A stretch of DNA of 64,000 nucleotides from Amoebidium appalachense. Taxonomy: Eukaryota; Protista; Ichthyosporea. Below the pieces are notes generated by a model that saw nothing but the letters and a program-made list of their open reading frames with translations, was not told the origin of the DNA and searched no databases. The first letter of the stretch is position 1, and every line of letters starts with the position of its first letter. Positions 61,748 through 64,000 of this stretch are shown one piece after another. The stretch covers positions 6,212,889 to 6,276,888 of the forward strand of contig CAVNZM010000012.1 in assembly GCA_963693365.1 (NCBI GenBank), written 5' to 3'. The position numbers and the translations under genes were made by a program.

Positions 61748-62160
61748 CCCCTCTTCCCCCCAAGGGTGGTGTTGAAGTTCTCTCTCGAACAAACATACTC
61801 TCAAAAAAGAGGCGAAGGAAAAATGAAATCCAAACGATGGAAGGTCCAGCCATCATCACCTTGCATATATTATCGCCTTTATTGACTCTTTGAATCTTCG
61901 AAATTTACACCGAGTTATCTCAGTTCTCTGGCCTTTTAACCACAAAATATGTGATTTGTCGCCTTTCATTTATTAAAGTCTACATCTACAAACTGTGCAT
62001 TCAAGTAATCGAAATCTACATTTACCCAGAGCATGCATCTAATATTTTTTTTAAATAAACTTAATGAGTTCATTAAGTTTTGAGTGTAATTAAAATCTAC
62101 ATCCAACAACTCGGGATCTAACTTTTTCATTTCATTGACTAGTATTGTTACAGCATGCAA
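61530..62160 (-). pseudogene. Probable degenerate fragment of a Polinton/Maverick/adintovirus-type PolB N-terminal region
   Basis: AT-rich intronless segment. Across stops and frameshifts it reads KNIRCMLWVNVDF...YMQGDDGWTFHRLDF...ENFNTTLGG...TEVPKSWTGGLNL...CDDK-ALHPEAQH, echoing the order GSGW / YNPLRG / LPK / IINIKNxDxKC / ALHP that I recall from these elements. Recognised by eye only. Confidence 0.45.
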
Positions 62161-62208
62161 TCAATCAACACCCACTACTAACAGCATGCACCAAAATCAT
62201 ACCCCCAT

Positions 62209-63037
62209 CTACACCTGTGGCCTCTTAGACACAAACAGCAACATGCGTGCCTCACCCGCATTAGGCCCCCAGGTTATTTCCTGATCTCCCTTTGTTTGCT
62301 GCCCCCCGGCCCAGCCCTGCCTGAGGTGGTGGGGAGCCTCTTGCACGTCTACTTCCTCATATCCCAAGGATGTGAGGGTGGTGGCCAGGGACTCGACATT
62401 GTGCCTCCACCTGTGGGCTTCCTTACGGGGGGTCATCGCATCCTGTGGGGGGGGGGGGGGGGGGGGGGGGGAAGATGGGAGATGGGGGGGGGGGGGGGGA
62501 AGGGGCTGGGGGAGCTAGGGGGTGTGTGTGTGGGGGAGGGGGAGGGGGGAGGGGGGGGGGGGGGGGGGGAGTAATTTGGTGTGGATGCATGCGCGGGTTT
62601 GTATCTGGTGGTGGTGGTGGGGGGGAGGGGAGGGGGGGAAGGGGGCGGACGGGGTAGGAGGAAGGGGGGGGGGGGGGGGGGTTTAGTTGTGGATGCAGGC
62701 GGGGGTTATATGAGGGAAAGAGCTACCCGTGTCACCCGGAGAAAGAGGGGGGGAGGGGGGGGGGGGGAGAGGGGGGGGGGGGGGAGAGGGGAGGAAGAAA
62801 TAACAAAATGTACTGATGTGCGATGAAGGTACACTCTGAAATCGGGAAATAAAGGGGCGATGTGGTGGTGTTGGAACGAACCCCCCCTCCCCCCCCCCCC
62901 CCCCCCTTCTCCAATGGGGACAAGAGAGAAACCCTCTTACCCACTTCAGGTAAATCCAACCGCTTTTTACATCATGAACGGAAAAAAATGATAACCAATC
63001 GAGTGAAAATGCACACACCTACATGCGTACGCGCGCA

Positions 63038-63072
<35 letters not shown>

Positions 63073-63435
63073 CCCCCCCCCCCCCCCCCCCCCCAAACAC
63101 ATACACACTACTCTCCCCCAACACACATACTACTCCTCCCCTATCCCCCCTCCCCAAACACACACATACACTACCCCCCCCCCCCCCCCCCCCGCCCACA
63201 CAAACATGCAACTATAACTCACCTGCAGCCCAGACTCAATGCTTCCCACACAGGTCCCAAACAGTGTCCCACCGGGTTTTAACGCTTTAAGCACATTGGC
63301 TAGAAACACCTCGCTCTGCTCCTTGCTGAACACGTGCAGCATCAACATGTTGACCACCACCAGACACGTGTTTTCCAGCCCATTTTCCTGCAGTACACGT
63401 GGTCCCTCGTCGACACTAGCAAGATCTCCCCACAC
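62209..63435 (-). CDS. Class I SAM-dependent methyltransferase, last two exons (AusD/Trt5-like C-terminal half); 5' part lies beyond the window
   Basis: Exons 63435-63223 (VWGDL...VVNMLMLHVFSKEQSEVFLANVLKALKPGGTLFGTCVG) and 62442-62209 (RWRHNVESLATTLTSLGYEEV...MLLFVSKRPQV*), joined in phase 0. Confidence 0.8.
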
Positions 63436-63554
63436 CTGGCGAGGAAGAGCATGAGCGTGAGAGGCAACATGTATTTTCTTTCTTTTTCTTTTCTTTTCTT
63501 TTCTTTTCTTTCTTTTTCTTTTTGCTTTTTTTTTTTTTTTTTTTTTTTTTGGGT

Positions 63555-63585
<31 letters not shown>

Positions 63586-63785
63586 AGTGGGTTCTGGTAA
63601 TACCAGAGGACAACCTTATTTCGAGGTAGGAAGAGTGCTAGCAGTACCAAATGGTGTATCGGGTTATGCATTCACACACGGCTCCAAGTATGTCGGCATG
63701 GCCCTACTGATATATATTTAATTGGGAAGATGCACAGCCCGTCCCACAGTCCCATTCGGTTATAGTGGTTGTGTGTGTGTGTGTA

Positions 63786-63829
<44 letters not shown>

Positions 63830-63854
63830 CGTGTGCGTGTCTCTCCGTGTGTAT

Positions 63855-63888
<34 letters not shown>

Positions 63889-64000
63889 AATCTGTGCGCC
63901 TGTGTGCGGATTGCCGGGTGCATGCAATCGCAACCTTCTGTGGGGGTGGGGTCGGGTGGGGTGGGGTGTGTGGGGGCGGGTGGGGTGGAAGGGAGGGAGG

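Overview
Intron-rich eukaryotic genomic DNA. Introns are GT-AG with CTAAC-type branch points and are saturated with (CA)n/(GT)n, (GA)n and poly-C/G tracts, so nearly all ORFs in the supplied track are microsatellite artefacts. Manual exon splicing gives six genes: a BIN4-like topoisomerase VI accessory protein (+, 5' end outside the window), a DCN1-like neddylation factor (-), a small C1-less diacylglycerol kinase ending in CCCCC (-), ESCRT-III CHMP1/Did2 (+) with an apparent GC-AG U12-type intron, a CLC chloride transporter with a very large low-complexity insertion (-), and the 3' exons of a class I SAM methyltransferase (-). Accessory content: an intronless frameshifted F-box gene, a ~130-150-bp dispersed repeat family usually followed by poly-C, and a probable Polinton/adintovirus PolB relic. 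The most striking feature is a 2.7-kb tyrosine-recombinase element (47379-50065) with no RT/RNase H. It is organised A1-ORF1-YR-B1A2-spacer-B2, all three junctions share an AAT core, and the B|A junction folds into an integron-attC-like imperfect hairpin. All calls come from reading the sequence by eye; no database searches were run.
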